From contig ML978125.1 of the NCBI GenBank assembly GCA_010015805.1, positions 558,001 to 622,000 on the forward strand: a stretch of DNA of 64,000 bases, given 5' to 3'. Source of the DNA: Rhizodiscina lignyota (Eukaryota). The position numbers and the translations under genes were made by a program. Under the pieces are notes generated by a model. That model was not told where the DNA came from, searched no databases, and worked only from the letters and a program-made list of their open reading frames with translations. Shown here in pieces: positions 45,719 to 58,713 of this stretch (position 1 is its first letter; every line of letters begins with the position of its first letter).

Positions 45719-48700
45719 CTATGCATACATATCCTCATCGTCACCAGCCGCATCGCCAAATGCCCCCGAACCATGGCCATCTACACTCTTCCCTTTCCCT
45801 TTCCCCTTGACAGCACTGCCATTACTCTTCAAGTAGTCCGTCTTGATAACGTACTCGTCCTCCTCATCGTCCTTCTCCTCGTCCACGACGCCATCGGTGC
45901 CCGTCGACCCAGTACTGGGCACGCGATACACGCGCTCCGGACTCTCGCTCGCCTGTGAGCCCGGGCCAAATCGGCCTTTGCCTTTCCCAGCTACATGTGC
46001 GACACCGCTTCCTCCACCGCTTCCCCCACCGCCGCGACCTCGGCTGATACTGCGCGCCTTGATGCGATCCTTCGCTTGTTTCATCCATGACCCTCTTCTC
46101 TCCTTGTCAGCGGCCTGAAGACTGGGGACCACCAGATTCTCCTTCCCACCCGAGCCTGCATTCAGCACTAACGCTTCATTGTTCGCGCTGTCACCAGCAA
46201 CCTCATCCTTCTTATCCTTCGCACCAACCGTCGCGCCCTCAAACGCGCGCCTCACGCGCTCGTAGTGCCACAGCTCATCCTTGCTAACGCTCGGCACGAG
46301 CTCTCTCTTCGCGTTCTCGAAGTCCTCTTCCACAACTACAACCTCCGTGTCCTCGTCGCCTGCTAGGTGGTCGAAGAAATACGCTATTGAAATCGGGTCG
46401 GAGTCGGGAGGTAGTGTTTTGTTGTGCTCTGCGACTTTGGCGTCGACGTTTCTTGCTTGCCGTGTGATGGCTTTGAGCATGGCGTCTGAGCAGAGAGCGT
46501 AGAGGTCGGCGCCGGTGTAGGTGAACGGTAGTGTTGATGCCACTCGGTTGAGGGAGAGCGAGGGGTGGAGGGTGAATCTGGTTTAAGTTGTCAGTTCCCG
46601 TTCCCAAACGCCTGAATGAAAGGTGCACATACTTCCTAGTCAGCGCCTCCAAAACCTTCAACTGCCCCTCATGCGTATCGTTAACTCCCAGGTAAAGCAT
46701 CTTATCGAACCTACCCGGTCGCAGCAACGCCTGGTCAAGCAAGTCCGGCCGATTCGTTGCACCAATGACAAAGACGCCTTGCCCACCACCCGCACCACCA
46801 TCTTCTCCTCCGCCGCTCATGCCGTCCAACTCGGCGAGCAGTTGCGACACAATGCGGTCCATCACGCCGCCACTGTCACCCTGGTTGCCACGTTTCGGCG
46901 CAACAGAGTCAAGTTCGTCAAAGAAGACTACACAAGGACGTGCATCGCGTGCGCGCTGGAAGACTCGTCTGACGTTGGCTTCAGATTCACCGATGTACAT
47001 ATTCAGCAGTTCTGGTCCTTTGACGGAGAAGAAATTGAGGCTGAACTCGGTCGCGATGGCTTTCGCGAGCAACGTCTTGCCAGTACCGGGTGGACCGTAG
47101 AACAGTATGCCAGAGCGCTTCTTCATGCCCTTCGCGAAGAGCTCAGGCCGTGAGAGAGGCAGCTGAATGGTCTCGATGACGGCGGATTTAACGTGTGACA
47201 GACCGCCCACATCGCTCCATTGCACATTCGGGATCTTCGGTGCGCCAATTGAATCCGCGAAGTTCTTGCGTGCGGCGTCGACTGCGGTCGTAAGGTCGGC
47301 AGATGTGAGTGTGAGGTTTGTTGAGTGTCCGGCTAGAGTAAGGTCTTTCAGCGTTACTTCCGCCAATGGCAGTCCGGTATCGATATCAGACTTCCCAGAT
47401 GTGAGCGCCTTGTTGGCACTCGCAGTGATCTTGTCGAGCCTACTTTGTCTAGCAATCAAGGCGCGATCAACAACATCAACCAGATCCCCGGCCACTAGCG
47501 CAGCTGTCTTGACGGCAACCGATGACAGTGCAACGTCTGGCGCAAGACGGATACCAGCATCTTCGACAACGCCACGAAGTATGCCTTCTCGCTCACTCTC
47601 GTCTGGCGCTGTCATTTCCAACTCATGCGTAAAGAGACTACGAATGCCCTCAGGCACCTTCTCAATCTCCGTGGTAGTTGCGATCAGGACTCTCGAGTCG
47701 CCCAGTATTTCCCTGAGTGCGGTAACCATCCTCTCAGCGTCCAACTTCTCAACATGCTTAATCAACAGCGCAGTAAACTCTTTCCCACAACTCAAAGCGC
47801 GTTCCGCTCGAGCTTTTAGGAATGCTTCCGTTTTAGTGTCGCCTCCTTCTGTCAGGATATCAAAAGCGTCAATAGAGAAGGTATGTAATCCAAGGTCTTC
47901 ACACGCTTGCATCGCTGTGGTTGCTTTGCCAATATTACGTTGAGTTGAGGTGAGTAATATAGCAACTGGCGGTAGGCCAAGATGAATGGCACGAGGAGAC
48001 ATCGCAGCAGAGATGAGCTCTCTCAAACGGCGTCGAAGGCTAGAGATATATGGTGTCGGCAGATCTGTAGAGACAATCCCACCCCCAGGTCCTCTGGCTT
48101 GCGATCCAGCAGGCTTTCGTAAGCCAAGATAATATTGCCAAGTATTGCTGACGGTGGGAGGGATCTTTGCCTTTTCGCCTCCGGCCTGAACCATTTTCGT
48201 GTTCGAAGCATCAACAAAAGTGACGCCACCCCAGATGTCTTCCTCTTCCGCCTCAATCTTGTTGGACGATACGATGTCTCCCACTTTGAACCAACCCACT
48301 CCACTAGCCGCAACGGTCTTCCCAGAGTCGGCTCCACACTGCGCGTTGCTTTTCACTTTTGAGATCAGTTCCTCATTGGTCATGTCGTCCGCATTACCTC
48401 CTTCGAAGACCGCTTTGCCAAGTGACTCGTCAACCGCAATACCCACGAGATCTCCTTTCTTCACAACACGTCGTTTCCGCTCGAAGAAATCTTTCAAGCC
48501 GGCGAAGAGACTAGGTTGGACCAAACGGTCAGACGACAGTGGAGTTGCTATTTTTACTAAGGTAACCTCTTTCGCTAATGGTGGTAAGGTTGAGGACGGG
48601 ACTTTGCCTTTTGAGCCTGCATGTGGAACGGAGCCGTCTTTGGTATTTGTCAGTGCCGAAATCTTAAGATGCGTAGGTGAACCAAGGTTTGCCAAAAGCA

Positions 48701-50322
48701 GAGGTGGAAGATGGACCAAGGAAGTAGGTGGAAGCAGATTGCTACCACCTAAAAATGACAGAGGTCTTTCGTCGGTCTTGTGCACGATATATTTGTTGTC
48801 CTTCTTTGACATGAACTCTGGCAGACCAAATATCTTCGCTACGCGCCATTCTTGCAGTTCATCTTCTTCGTTTGTGAAGGAGGCAAGGTGCCAATGGCCA
48901 AAGCCATCTCGCGATGACTCTGTAGTGGATTCAATTCTGACCCAGTCGCCCGAGAAGCATCCCAACTTGACGAGTGCAGCTGTGTCAACGAAAATTCGCG
49001 CTTCGTCGTCATCGTCTGTTCCAGGTTTCGGATATAGAAGTTCATCTGGGATATGGTCAAGCAGGCCATATGCTTTGAAAGTCTTACTCTTCACTCCGCC
49101 TCCTCGAACTGTGGATGTTGAGAATGTCGAGTAGATTGAGCCTGGAGTAGCTATACCGTTTGGAAATGGCTGGCCAGGCCTGGGTGTGGCGGATGCTTGC
49201 GACATCATCCCAGAAGTGTGAGAAGGTAACGATGGCGCTGATAACGATATAATGTCCTCTGAATCGTCTGAGAGATCATCCGCATCGGTCTCAGATGCCT
49301 CTGTTTCACTGAAGGTCGAGGCTTCATCAAGCGGTGTAGATGACTGCGTCTGTATTTCCTCGGTTGCAGAGTAGAACTGCTCATTCGAAGTATCTTCATC
49401 CTCCTCCGCAATGCCGTTGGTCAGTGATGGCCCTCGTTTATGCCCAACGGGCTTTGTGATAATCTCTGCATCTTTGCTCTTTCCTTGCAAGATCACAACT
49501 CGCGTGCTGGGGAGAACTATGCCTTGCGAAACGGGTTCACAGATTGTAATCTTTGCCGGAGGTGGAGGCACATGTGTGATGGGGTGAGCTGGAAGTGGAA
49601 GAGGTAGCAAATCTCCTGAGTGGACGAGACGAGGAGCGCTGAGAGCACCACGAACAGCGTCGCGCCACTTCCGCTGCCTCAGAATATTTTGGCTCGCATC
49701 GCTCAGTTCCGTAGCATTAGCCTTTTTGTCATTCTTGATACCAAATCCACCACCAAATTTGTTGTGCACGTCCTCTAGCTTCCTCAAAGCTTCTGTGTCC
49801 AGCTTCACATATATCGTCTCGAGGCCAAGTGGTACAACTTCAGATATGCGGATCTCAATTGGCGTGTCTTTCTTCTGCAAGGGTTTGTTTGGAGATAGGT
49901 TCCGCAACGTGGTTGCGAAGGACTGGAGGGCGAGCGAATTCGCAGAGAATTGGAGGGACGAATGCGGCCGTTGGATCAGGGTATCGTTTTTGGTAGCGGA
50001 TCGCACCGGTAGGATCGTCCACTGCGTGGAGTCGACGGACATGGCAGTGAGAGGCATCCATGGTGTAATAGCGACATAGTAGACGCGATTCGCGCTGTCA
50101 TCCGATGGTGCTATAAAATATCAGCATCTTCAACGAACTTCCATGCTACGAGTGCTTACTCCTGAGTCCCGGGAACAGGTCTGCGAAAAGGTCTTCAGAC
50201 AGTATCCCAACGTCCTGCTTCATCCGCTCATCAAGCAGCAAGTGAGCAGATATCGAGGGCCTATTCAAACGTCTCCGTCTGCGTCGCTTCCGGTGCATGG
50301 GAACTGCGCTTCGATTCTCCAT
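45719..50322 (-). CDS. PEX6: Peroxin Pex6 AAA+ ATPase, 3 exons
   Basis: Exon 1 reads MENRSAVPMHRKRRRRR...DVGILSEDLFADLFP. Further motifs are SIGAPKIPNVQWSDVGGL, GPPGTGKT, FFDELDSVAPKRG, ALLRPGRFDK and YTGADLYALCSDA. Confidence 0.96.
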
Positions 50323-51183
50323 CGCGCTTCCGCAACTTGTGACGGGCTAACAAAGCACGACAGACATAGAGCAAGGACGATAATTATGCTGCGAGGGCCG
50401 TCTACAGATATCTCGAAGGCTGGTGTCGGCGATTTCTCAAAGCTTGCGAAAAATAGCCGACAGGAGCCTGACTCGACGGGCCGAGGTTCAGATGAAGGAG
50501 TGGGTTTGCAGGGCGACGAAGACAACTAATCGCGAACCTCATATTCCGAAGCGAACTCTCCAGCATACAACACCAGGAACGAACGCAGTGGCAAAGCGGG
50601 AGTCGTTCAGACACCGCCCGTCGCCGGGGCTTGGGGTTGAATTGAGCGGATGCGGAGAAGCTCAAGGCACGCGCGCACGATTCAGGGACCAGTTCCACGT
50701 GAAAGGGCCTTATCCGAACGTCACGTCTGTATTTCGCCGACAATTGCACAGATTCGGCGCATTTAATGGACTTTTAGTCCCTTACGCATCTCGTCCAATC
50801 GCTGCATGCACGCCACCACCTCGACGGTTCGATATGTACAAAGAGAGAGGAGCGCTCCCGTCCCACCCAACTCTGTCACGGCCGAGCCGCTTGTCAAGCC
50901 TTACTTAGACCGGCAGGGGAAACCCGGGTTGACGCAATGCCGCAGATCCGCAGGTTTGGACCTTCAACACTGTGGCTGATGGCGATGGTGTATGAAGGGG
51001 CAAATTCCATCTTCCCATCTTCCCATCTCCCTTCTCACTTGTCTCCATGGAAAACATCCACTAAGTTATGCATATCTTGCATCACTCCATGATAATCCTT
51101 AGCAATCACAGACCGCCGCTCTCTCAGTCCTCTCCGCGTTTCTTATCGTCGTATTTCCTCGCTACTTGGCACCGGAGCTTACA

Positions 51184-53589
51184 ATGACAGCAATTGAGAC
51201 TGTCAAGAGCACTACCAAAGACATTAAAGCGAAGATCAAGTCGAAGGCCGAACCTGCGATCGAATTCGCACATCAAGCTGAGAAACTGGCACAATACACA
51301 CCCTCACAAGAAACCGAAGCCACTGGATCCACACAAGCGGTCGAGGCAAAGTTCATAACGGGCCAGGATCCGGTCGTCGTTACCGCGAATGGCGGTCGAT
51401 TACCGGCTGTGCCTCTCGAGGAGGCTGTGAAGCTGAATCAGTTGAAGGATATTTTGGAGGATAGGGACCCGAACGAGAGCCTTCCGACTCAGAATGGCAC
51501 AAGAGAAGCGAAGGATGGCACAATACACGGAACAACGATACACGGTGCCAGGCCAAGTGTGGGTTCAGGAGATGATGGCCGGTCTGGCCAGAGCACTGAG
51601 CCAGAAGCGCCTCTGAGAGAAGCATTACCTCCAAGCAGGACGAATCCACTCTTCCCTCCCTTACCAATGTACGGACCTCCTACTTCGTTGAGAGATCTGC
51701 AATCTTGGACGTTCCGGTTATCATCGTCGATATTGTCCCTCTGCTTTCTGGGTGTCATTGTTCTTGGAGCAATGTTCACGTGCGTTCCACAAATGATCAA
51801 GATACTCTTCGCGTATGTTAGGTTGCAGGACCCGGATTCTGGAAGATCGTTCTACGACGAGGAAGTGCGGAGAGCAAAATTGCGAAAAGAAGCTGAGACG
51901 GAATGGAAGCGACGGAAAGACAGTCAGGAGCCAATACGTCGCAGTTCCGGCCAATCTCAAGAAGGAGATGAGGAGAGCAGTGTACATGGCACTACGACAC
52001 CCCAAGGTACTTCCATCAAGGAGCGCTACGTTCCCACCGAAGGCGGACCAGATCCGCTTGTCTGCGACGTGGGATACTATGCTCGCGTTGAGGGGCTCGA
52101 CTCAGAGACGTTCCTTGTTCAGACTGAAGACGGCTTCATTATCGAATTATGGCATCTCTACAATCCACTCACATATACTCCAAAACCCGAGTCCGATCGC
52201 CAGCCTCATGAACCTGACCTCTTTCCTGCCCATTTAGATGAGACGATCAGGGAGAGAGGTGAAGGCTACGCTCAGCATTATCCACAAGGCAAGAAGAAAT
52301 ATCCCGTCTTACTTCTCCATGGTCTTCTGCAGAGCTCGGGGGCGTTTTGTTGCACTGGCTCTAATAGCTTGGCATTCTACCTCGCGAAGTCAGGTTACGA
52401 TGTCTGGCTCGGCAACAACCGCTGTGGCTTCCATCCTCGACACAACCTGCTGAAATACAGCGACCCGCGCATGTGGGCATGGAACATTCGTCAGATGGGC
52501 GTGATGGATCTCCCAGCTCTAGTCTCGAGAGTCTTGACAGAAACAGGCTTCAGCAGATGCGCGCTTGTTGCGCATAGTCAAGGAACGACGCAGACAATGG
52601 TCGCGCTTGCGAAAGAGCAGAGACCTGAATTTGGCAGAAGACTAAGCTGTGTCTGTTTGCTTGCACCTGCAGCATACGCAGGGCCATTAATCGGCAAGAT
52701 GTATTTCAAGTTCATGCGCGTAATTTCTCCGGCGCTGTTTCGCTTGATATTCGGCATTCACGCATTCATACCCTTTATGATGACGATGCATTCTCTGCTA
52801 CCACCAAGGTTGTACGGTTTCATGGGCTACCGTGTGTTCAGTTTCCTATTCAATTGGTCTGACGATCGGTGGGAGCGCAAGCTGCGCAATCGCAGCTTCA
52901 TGTTCGCTCCTGTGTACGTGAGTGCGGAGAGCATGCGATGGTGGCTCGGACGAGAATGCTTTGCAAGGCAAAAGTGTATATTGGCTACGAAGAGGGAGGT
53001 GCGAATGGAGGATGAAGAGGATATGAAAGAGGATAGCGAAGAGGATAGGGAGGATAAGAAGGAGGATGAGAAGGATCAGCAGAGGCAGGCTAGTGATGCG
53101 TCACAGCATAGATACTATGAGGAAGGAAGAAGTCATCCAAGCGAACGGAGCGATCCGACAGAGGAAAGGGCAGATACACCTGAAAGCAGCGGTGCTAATG
53201 CCAACGGAGAAGCTCCAGCGACCAATGGTGACAATACATCATCAAAGCCAACTGAGGAGCAACAGAAAAAACTCGAGTCCGACCGTGGTCGATTCGCATG
53301 GTACGACTCGAACGCGCCGCCGATGGCTTTTTGGGTTGCCGGATCCGATGATCTTGTCGATGGTCGCCGGCTGTTGAAGAGGTTTGAAAGAGGAAGAGAA
53401 CCGTATGTCAATGTTGTGCATTCCAAGATAATAGAGGGATACGAACACCTGGACGTTATTTGGGCTATAGACATGATAGACACTGTTGGACGAGAGGTTG
53501 CAGAGGTCATTTGGAAAACCGCTGCAGAGGATGCCAAGGCGGTTTGTCGGACGCCGATATTGGATAGAGCGGAATACACAGCACTTTGA
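51184..53589 (+). CDS. Alpha/beta-hydrolase lipase (sterol esterase Yeh1/Tgl1-like) with an N-terminal TM segment
   Basis: Motifs VQTEDGFIIELWH, LLHGLLQSSG, GYDVWLGNNR, nucleophile elbow AHSQG, GSDDLVDG and YEHLDVIWA. Confidence 0.92.
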   Translation: MTAIETVKSTTKDIKAKIKSKAEPAIEFAHQAEKLAQYTPSQETEATGSTQAVEAKFITGQDPVVVTANGGRLPAVPLEEAVKLNQLKDILEDRDPNESLPTQNGTREAKDGTIHGTTIHGARPSVGSGDDGRSGQSTEPEAPLREALPPSRTNPLFPPLPMYGPPTSLRDLQSWTFRLSSSILSLCFLGVIVLGAMFTCVPQMIKILFAYVRLQDPDSGRSFYDEEVRRAKLRKEAETEWKRRKDSQEPIRRSSGQSQEGDEESSVHGTTTPQGTSIKERYVPTEGGPDPLVCDVGYYARVEGLDSETFLVQTEDGFIIELWHLYNPLTYTPKPESDRQPHEPDLFPAHLDETIRERGEGYAQHYPQGKKKYPVLLLHGLLQSSGAFCCTGSNSLAFYLAKSGYDVWLGNNRCGFHPRHNLLKYSDPRMWAWNIRQMGVMDLPALVSRVLTETGFSRCALVAHSQGTTQTMVALAKEQRPEFGRRLSCVCLLAPAAYAGPLIGKMYFKFMRVISPALFRLIFGIHAFIPFMMTMHSLLPPRLYGFMGYRVFSFLFNWSDDRWERKLRNRSFMFAPVYVSAESMRWWLGRECFARQKCILATKREVRMEDEEDMKEDSEEDREDKKEDEKDQQRQASDASQHRYYEEGRSHPSERSDPTEERADTPESSGANANGEAPATNGDNTSSKPTEEQQKKLESDRGRFAWYDSNAPPMAFWVAGSDDLVDGRRLLKRFERGREPYVNVVHSKIIEGYEHLDVIWAIDMIDTVGREVAEVIWKTAAEDAKAVCRTPILDRAEYTAL

Positions 53590-54404
53590 GGCTCGTCAAT
53601 GTCTAGAACTGAATCAGATTACTGCGTCTTCTAGATCGATGCTTACTTATCTAGAGTCACGCCGCGTTTAGCCGCCCTATTTACGCGCGGATCATTGTAC
53701 GTAACGACTTTGCGCGAATACTTTCAACCCAAGTCATTATCGAGCGTTATTATTCGACCAACTATCCTTGCCATCTAGGCGAAGGATTCCAACCACTGGG
53801 CGGTTGCGTAGTTGTTCTATTGGACAATTTTCAACTGAGAGCTGTATCTTGCATATGCTATCATGCAACTCTACGTAGACCGAAGACGCCAGTCTCTGGC
53901 CAAGCACGTAGCTTAGGTTTCCGTTCTCATACAAGTATACGAGCTGCCGGTTTGAGTGCAACGAGGCTGCACCTTCAATCCAAATTTTACTTGTGCATGA
54001 TTGCATTGGCTTGAACAGACTACAGGACGGCATTTCGATTCGCAACTTCAGCGCGCATACTTCGGAATGGCAGGAACTACTGAGAAGATTCAGCCTTGGA
54101 AGGCGTTCCCTCCATCAACGAAATCAGAGGGCAATGGCTACAAGTACCCCGAAGTAAAGAAAGGCGACATGATGATCTCCGACAGTCGCAGCGCTGGTGA
54201 GCCCATCCCGGAGGATAAGCCGGCTCGTGTTCTGAGTGCAACAAATAGAGCAGAGGTGAGTAATTCAGAACTGATGGTCGCAGGTAAAGGCTAAACAATG
54301 GCATACAGACTCAGTTCCGGCCTGCTTGGGAGCCTGAGCAATGATAAATTTCAAGAGACGTTCCGAAACTGAACACAATCCTTACCATATATTTCTACGA
54401 TTGA

Positions 54405-55442
54405 TTACCATGCTACAACGGCACGCATCTCGATGCTTTCTCGATGGAAGTCGTTACAAGAGGGTGGCTTTGTCATGAGGTCAAATGCCGCGTGCGGAGT
54501 ACCTGCACTCGTTTAGTTCACTGTTGATATTAGAAGTCTGTAACAGAATTATAATACCGGGTGTTGCGCCTTGAGAAGAACGGCTGTCCACGTTTTTAAA
54601 GATGAGCATTTCCGAGGGCAGCTGCCCAGGTAAATAATACCATTCCTGGCTTCGGTTGAAGAACACCTGAAGAATCTCGAGACTGTCGCCGGTTTCTTCT
54701 ACAACGTCTGCAGCCATGGTGTCCGTATCGAAATCTACAGATGATGCATCACATACAGCTAAAGGCCAGTCGTACAGAGGGCCTCGGATCGGATGCCATA
54801 CACTGTACTCCAAAGTCAGTCTGCGTCAAAGGGAGAATGGGAAACAACGTACTTGACATATTGCCATCTACGGCCCATTATTATCTCCGCGCGGCTTCCC
54901 AGTTCTCCTCGAATGATATCCTGTGCGGACTCGAGGCTATAATCTAATTCAATCCTTTAGTTTCGAGGATATAATACTGTACGTCGTAGAGACAGCATAC
55001 CTAAATGCGCACGAATCGTAGGTTGTACATACTCATAAGCCTCTCCAGTTGCAATCGGAAACGAGTTATGCCTCTTACGTTGTTGCACATTGATGATCTG
55101 AACGAAAGATGCTCTTAGGACTTTTTTCAAACAAGCCTCAACTTCTGGAAAATGTATGGCTTTGACGAGGCCTGGGTCTCCATAGTCCTCGTACTTCATG
55201 GCACTGGACATATTACAAAACTGGAATCCGCATTTTTCATAGGACAAATTGTGACACCGCATATTCCGGATCTTGACATGGTGATGTTCATTTTCAACAT
55301 TCGTCGCTGGAAAGTCACCTCCGGTGTCATATCGTATGGTGTAAGGCTTTACGGAATCGTATAATGGGAGGCGCGCGAGGAAGTGAATAGTTGCGTCGAC
55401 ATTCTCTTCAGCCTTATCGAGGCTGAATGCCACTTCGTCCAT
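54405..55442 (-). CDS. AsaB-like hydroxylase/desaturase (often annotated as CmcJ-like methyltransferase), 4 exons
   Basis: Motifs LYDSVKPY, TNVE, RAHL|DYS (HxD), RWQYVN|VWHPIRGPLYDWPLAVCDASSV and WYYLPGQLPSEMLIFK, ending TPHAAF...RESIEMRAVVAW*. Confidence 0.85.
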
Positions 55443-56013
55443 GCTGGGGAAAATTATTTCGTGTTAATGAGAAGGCGAGGCTGTAGTCCTCCCTGCATTT
55501 TGACAGCTCATGCATGTAAAGGTAGACCTTCAGCGAGCTACAGCGCCTCCGCTTAGGAATCCAATCCTGAACGATCTCCTTATCGGTTTAAGAGCGAGGC
55601 TGATTTCCATCACGCGATTCTGCAATCCTGGGATGATTCGATCAACATATTGCAGTCGGGCGTAAATGTCGTGGGGGGCTCAATGGCCACGTAGCTCCTG
55701 AGCTACGGCAAGCTACCACTCACACTTGCAGCTGTCACCTCTTCGCGGACGAACAATTCAAGGGTGTGCTTCTGCAGAGTTAACCACCTGACGCAACTAT
55801 GCACCCCGCCGAAAGCTCTATATGCATGTCAAGAGAGTGTTTCGGGCTGGGAGGATGATGCCCGCCGCGGAAATCCCTTACGCTAGCGTGTGCTGTAAGG
55901 GCACTTCTGTTGCGAAACAAGACAACATTACCAGTTATCTGGATACCCGCAAGTATGGTCTTTTCTCGAAAGTCAACCTAGATCTTGTTTCGCTATGATT
56001 TGCTTGGAAGAGC

Positions 56014-58699
56014 ATGTCTTGGTCACTACCAACTCCGCCGACATCACCCACGTCACAATCGAAAGGCTGGGCCGGGCCCGCGTGCTCAAGGCTTCGGAGG
56101 GACCTCGAGGCAGAACTTGTTCCAGATGACCCAGACGTGCCTGAACATAAGAGGTTCTTTCCAAAGAGTAGAGTAAAAGCACTCTTCACTCAAGACAGCA
56201 TCGAGGCTGTTTTGCGTTGCGCTTGTCCCGACTGCCAGGAACAGCAGCATCTTGTTGGGCGCAGGCATGCTTCAAGTACTACCGATACCATCCTGGGATA
56301 CCCAAATCGGAGCAGTTATGGGAATACTGGGGCGGTAAATATATTCGCCGCGCTGGTCTACATCGAGTATCCAGCTCTGATCAATTGCTTCCTCGAACGC
56401 CAGATTGGCGATTGGCAATTGGCCGAAGCCCCTGATGAATTCAGCACTGAGAGAGTTCAAAATATCTTTGGCCCTGCGGTAGTTGCTAGGTTCCCTCGAC
56501 TGGCAAGAAAGTTCAACTGGGCAAAGCATAAATTTGCCGTTCCCCACCTCCGCGATGGCGAATACAGAGTCTTCTCGAGTGGCACCATCCTCCCGTTTGT
56601 GAACGAGACTTTGCTCGGGCGACGCATCGAAACTGGCGAGATCGTAAGCGAAGGCAGCTACGGCAAAGTCTATGCCTTCGAGGTGCAAGAAGAATATGGG
56701 AGTTTCGCGGTAAGCGCGGTTAAGAGAGATATCTTGGTTCTTGTACTGACTGTGACAGGACTTCCCCGGAATTAGACGCTTTGCAAGGAAAGAACTTCAT
56801 GCAAACACTCCATATAAGCGCTTCAAAGCGGAGCGCGATAATTTAGTTGCGGTCAAGAAGCTGCAAGATGATCACCTGGTTAAGATTGTGATGGCTTACA
56901 GGCACGGAGATGTCTTCAATTTCATCTTTCCCTTGGCAAAGACAAACCTCCACCGCTACCTGCGAGATCCAGAATATCGTCCATATCTGGGTGCGAGATC
57001 CTTTATAGATCATCCGCTGTGGCAGCAGCTACTTGGCCTTGCGCAGGGTCTATACAAAGTGCAGCACTTCGAGGAGGACTCCTCAGCACATGAACATTCT
57101 AGGTTCGGATACCATTTCGATTTGAAGCCGTCAAATATCTTAGTGGAAGAATCAGAGCGTCTTGTCATCACCGACTTTGGCCAGGCAGTGTTCAAGCTGG
57201 CAAAGGATTCGACGACTTCAAGAGTGGTAGGGATGGGTGGCACAGAAGCATATGCCCCCCCTGAGCTCGACGACATTGAAAAGGGGCTGAACAGAAAATA
57301 TGACATCTGGTCTCTGGGTTGCATCTTCATCGAAGTTTTAACATTCGTAACAAGAGGCAGGATTGGTCTACTCGAACTTGATCGAAATCGGATTTCCATC
57401 GCTCCAGGGACCAACAACACCGATGATGGCTTTTTTCAGCGTAATGTTTTCTCGCACTCCTATGAACTCAAACCAACGATCATCGAACACATCAAATCGC
57501 TTGCATCGGTGCTTCGTAGCGAATCAGAACGTGCGTTCTTTGCCAAGATCCAAGAGTTGATCCTACAAATGCTGGAAGTGGACCGTAACTCGCGTTTGAG
57601 TTCCAAGGATGCCTGCATTCGTCTGCTCGATATTCTCAATGACTCTCGGTCAAGAGAGGGCGTTGTTATGTCAGATACACCTCAAGTGCGTTCGGTGTCC
57701 GACTGTCCAGGCATAGAGGTCGGCAGAGAGCTGGTGGAGCGGCTTCAATCAGTCTCGTTCAAAGTTGATCGGTGCTGGGAGTCAGGCCCTGTGAGAATTA
57801 CCCAAGACGATTTCCAACTGCGGATACAGAACCTCAAAGGCGACAACAAGGAAGGCACGCCTCTTGGTAGCCGCGATTGCCTGAGGCTGGTGCCTGACTA
57901 TGCGCTGCGGAGGCCCGATTTTACTTCCTCTTCAGACACTTCTTTGTCTCTCGTGCCGAAGGACCCGAAAAGCGGAGATCACAAGAAGTGCAAGTTTGAT
58001 TTTGGTCACAATTTCACTGCTTCCGCAGCGCTCCAGGAAGTTTTCTTGGGCCAAGAAGTAATGCAAATGGCAAAGATTAAAGCCGCGGTACTCGTCATCC
58101 GTCAGAAGAAATCCGTTGTGAAAGGGTTCAACCGATGGCGCAGTTCCAGTAAGAGTAGCATCGAGCTGAATGACCTTGGGAAAGCATCATCAGTTCAGTT
58201 GTGGAGGGAAAGCCATCACAGAGACGTGACAATTCCGATGCAGTCACGCAGGAGACAGTCGCCACGATCGATTAGGCCAGGGCCGCCAACCAGGAGAATT
58301 GTCGTCTTCTTCGATAATTCCATCCTTATTCTCCGAGTCGCGAAGAACGTTCGAATTGACAAGACACCACTATTTTCCAGCCCCACCGACTCTCAATGCA
58401 CGCTTGTTCTGGTTCCAACTGACACGACTGCGGATCCCTCATTTTCAGCTTCGCTTCTACGGAAGCCCTCGGGAGAGCCCGCGCCTTCCTTTACGCTGAT
58501 GAAGGACGACTTTGAATCAGAGGAAGCAGAAAATGAAGTGGAGTGTAGCTCATTAACCTTACATTTCGACTCGCCAGTAGAAGCACAGTCGTTTTTCGGA
58601 AGGTATATGGCAGTCAAGCAGGAATGGGTGCAAGAGTCGAAGAAGATCAAAGCGCTCCAGAGCCGTGTTGCTTCTGATTTCGATTTCGTACGTAAATAA
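56014..58699 (+). CDS. Fungal-specific Ser/Thr protein kinase with a long C-terminal domain, 2 exons (intron 56710-56758)
   Basis: Gly loop SEGSYGKVY, FARK lysine, catalytic HFDLKPSNILV, DFG, GTEAYAPPE and YDIWSLGCIFIE are all intact. Confidence 0.9.
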
Positions 58700-58713
58700 T
58701 CGCAAATATCGTA

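Noticed and set aside
47167..49134. Long antisense ORFs (258 and 311 aa) opposite PEX6, and similar ones opposite BRR2 and the lipase
   Set aside because: These are shadow ORFs arising from codon bias and carry no recognisable motifs.
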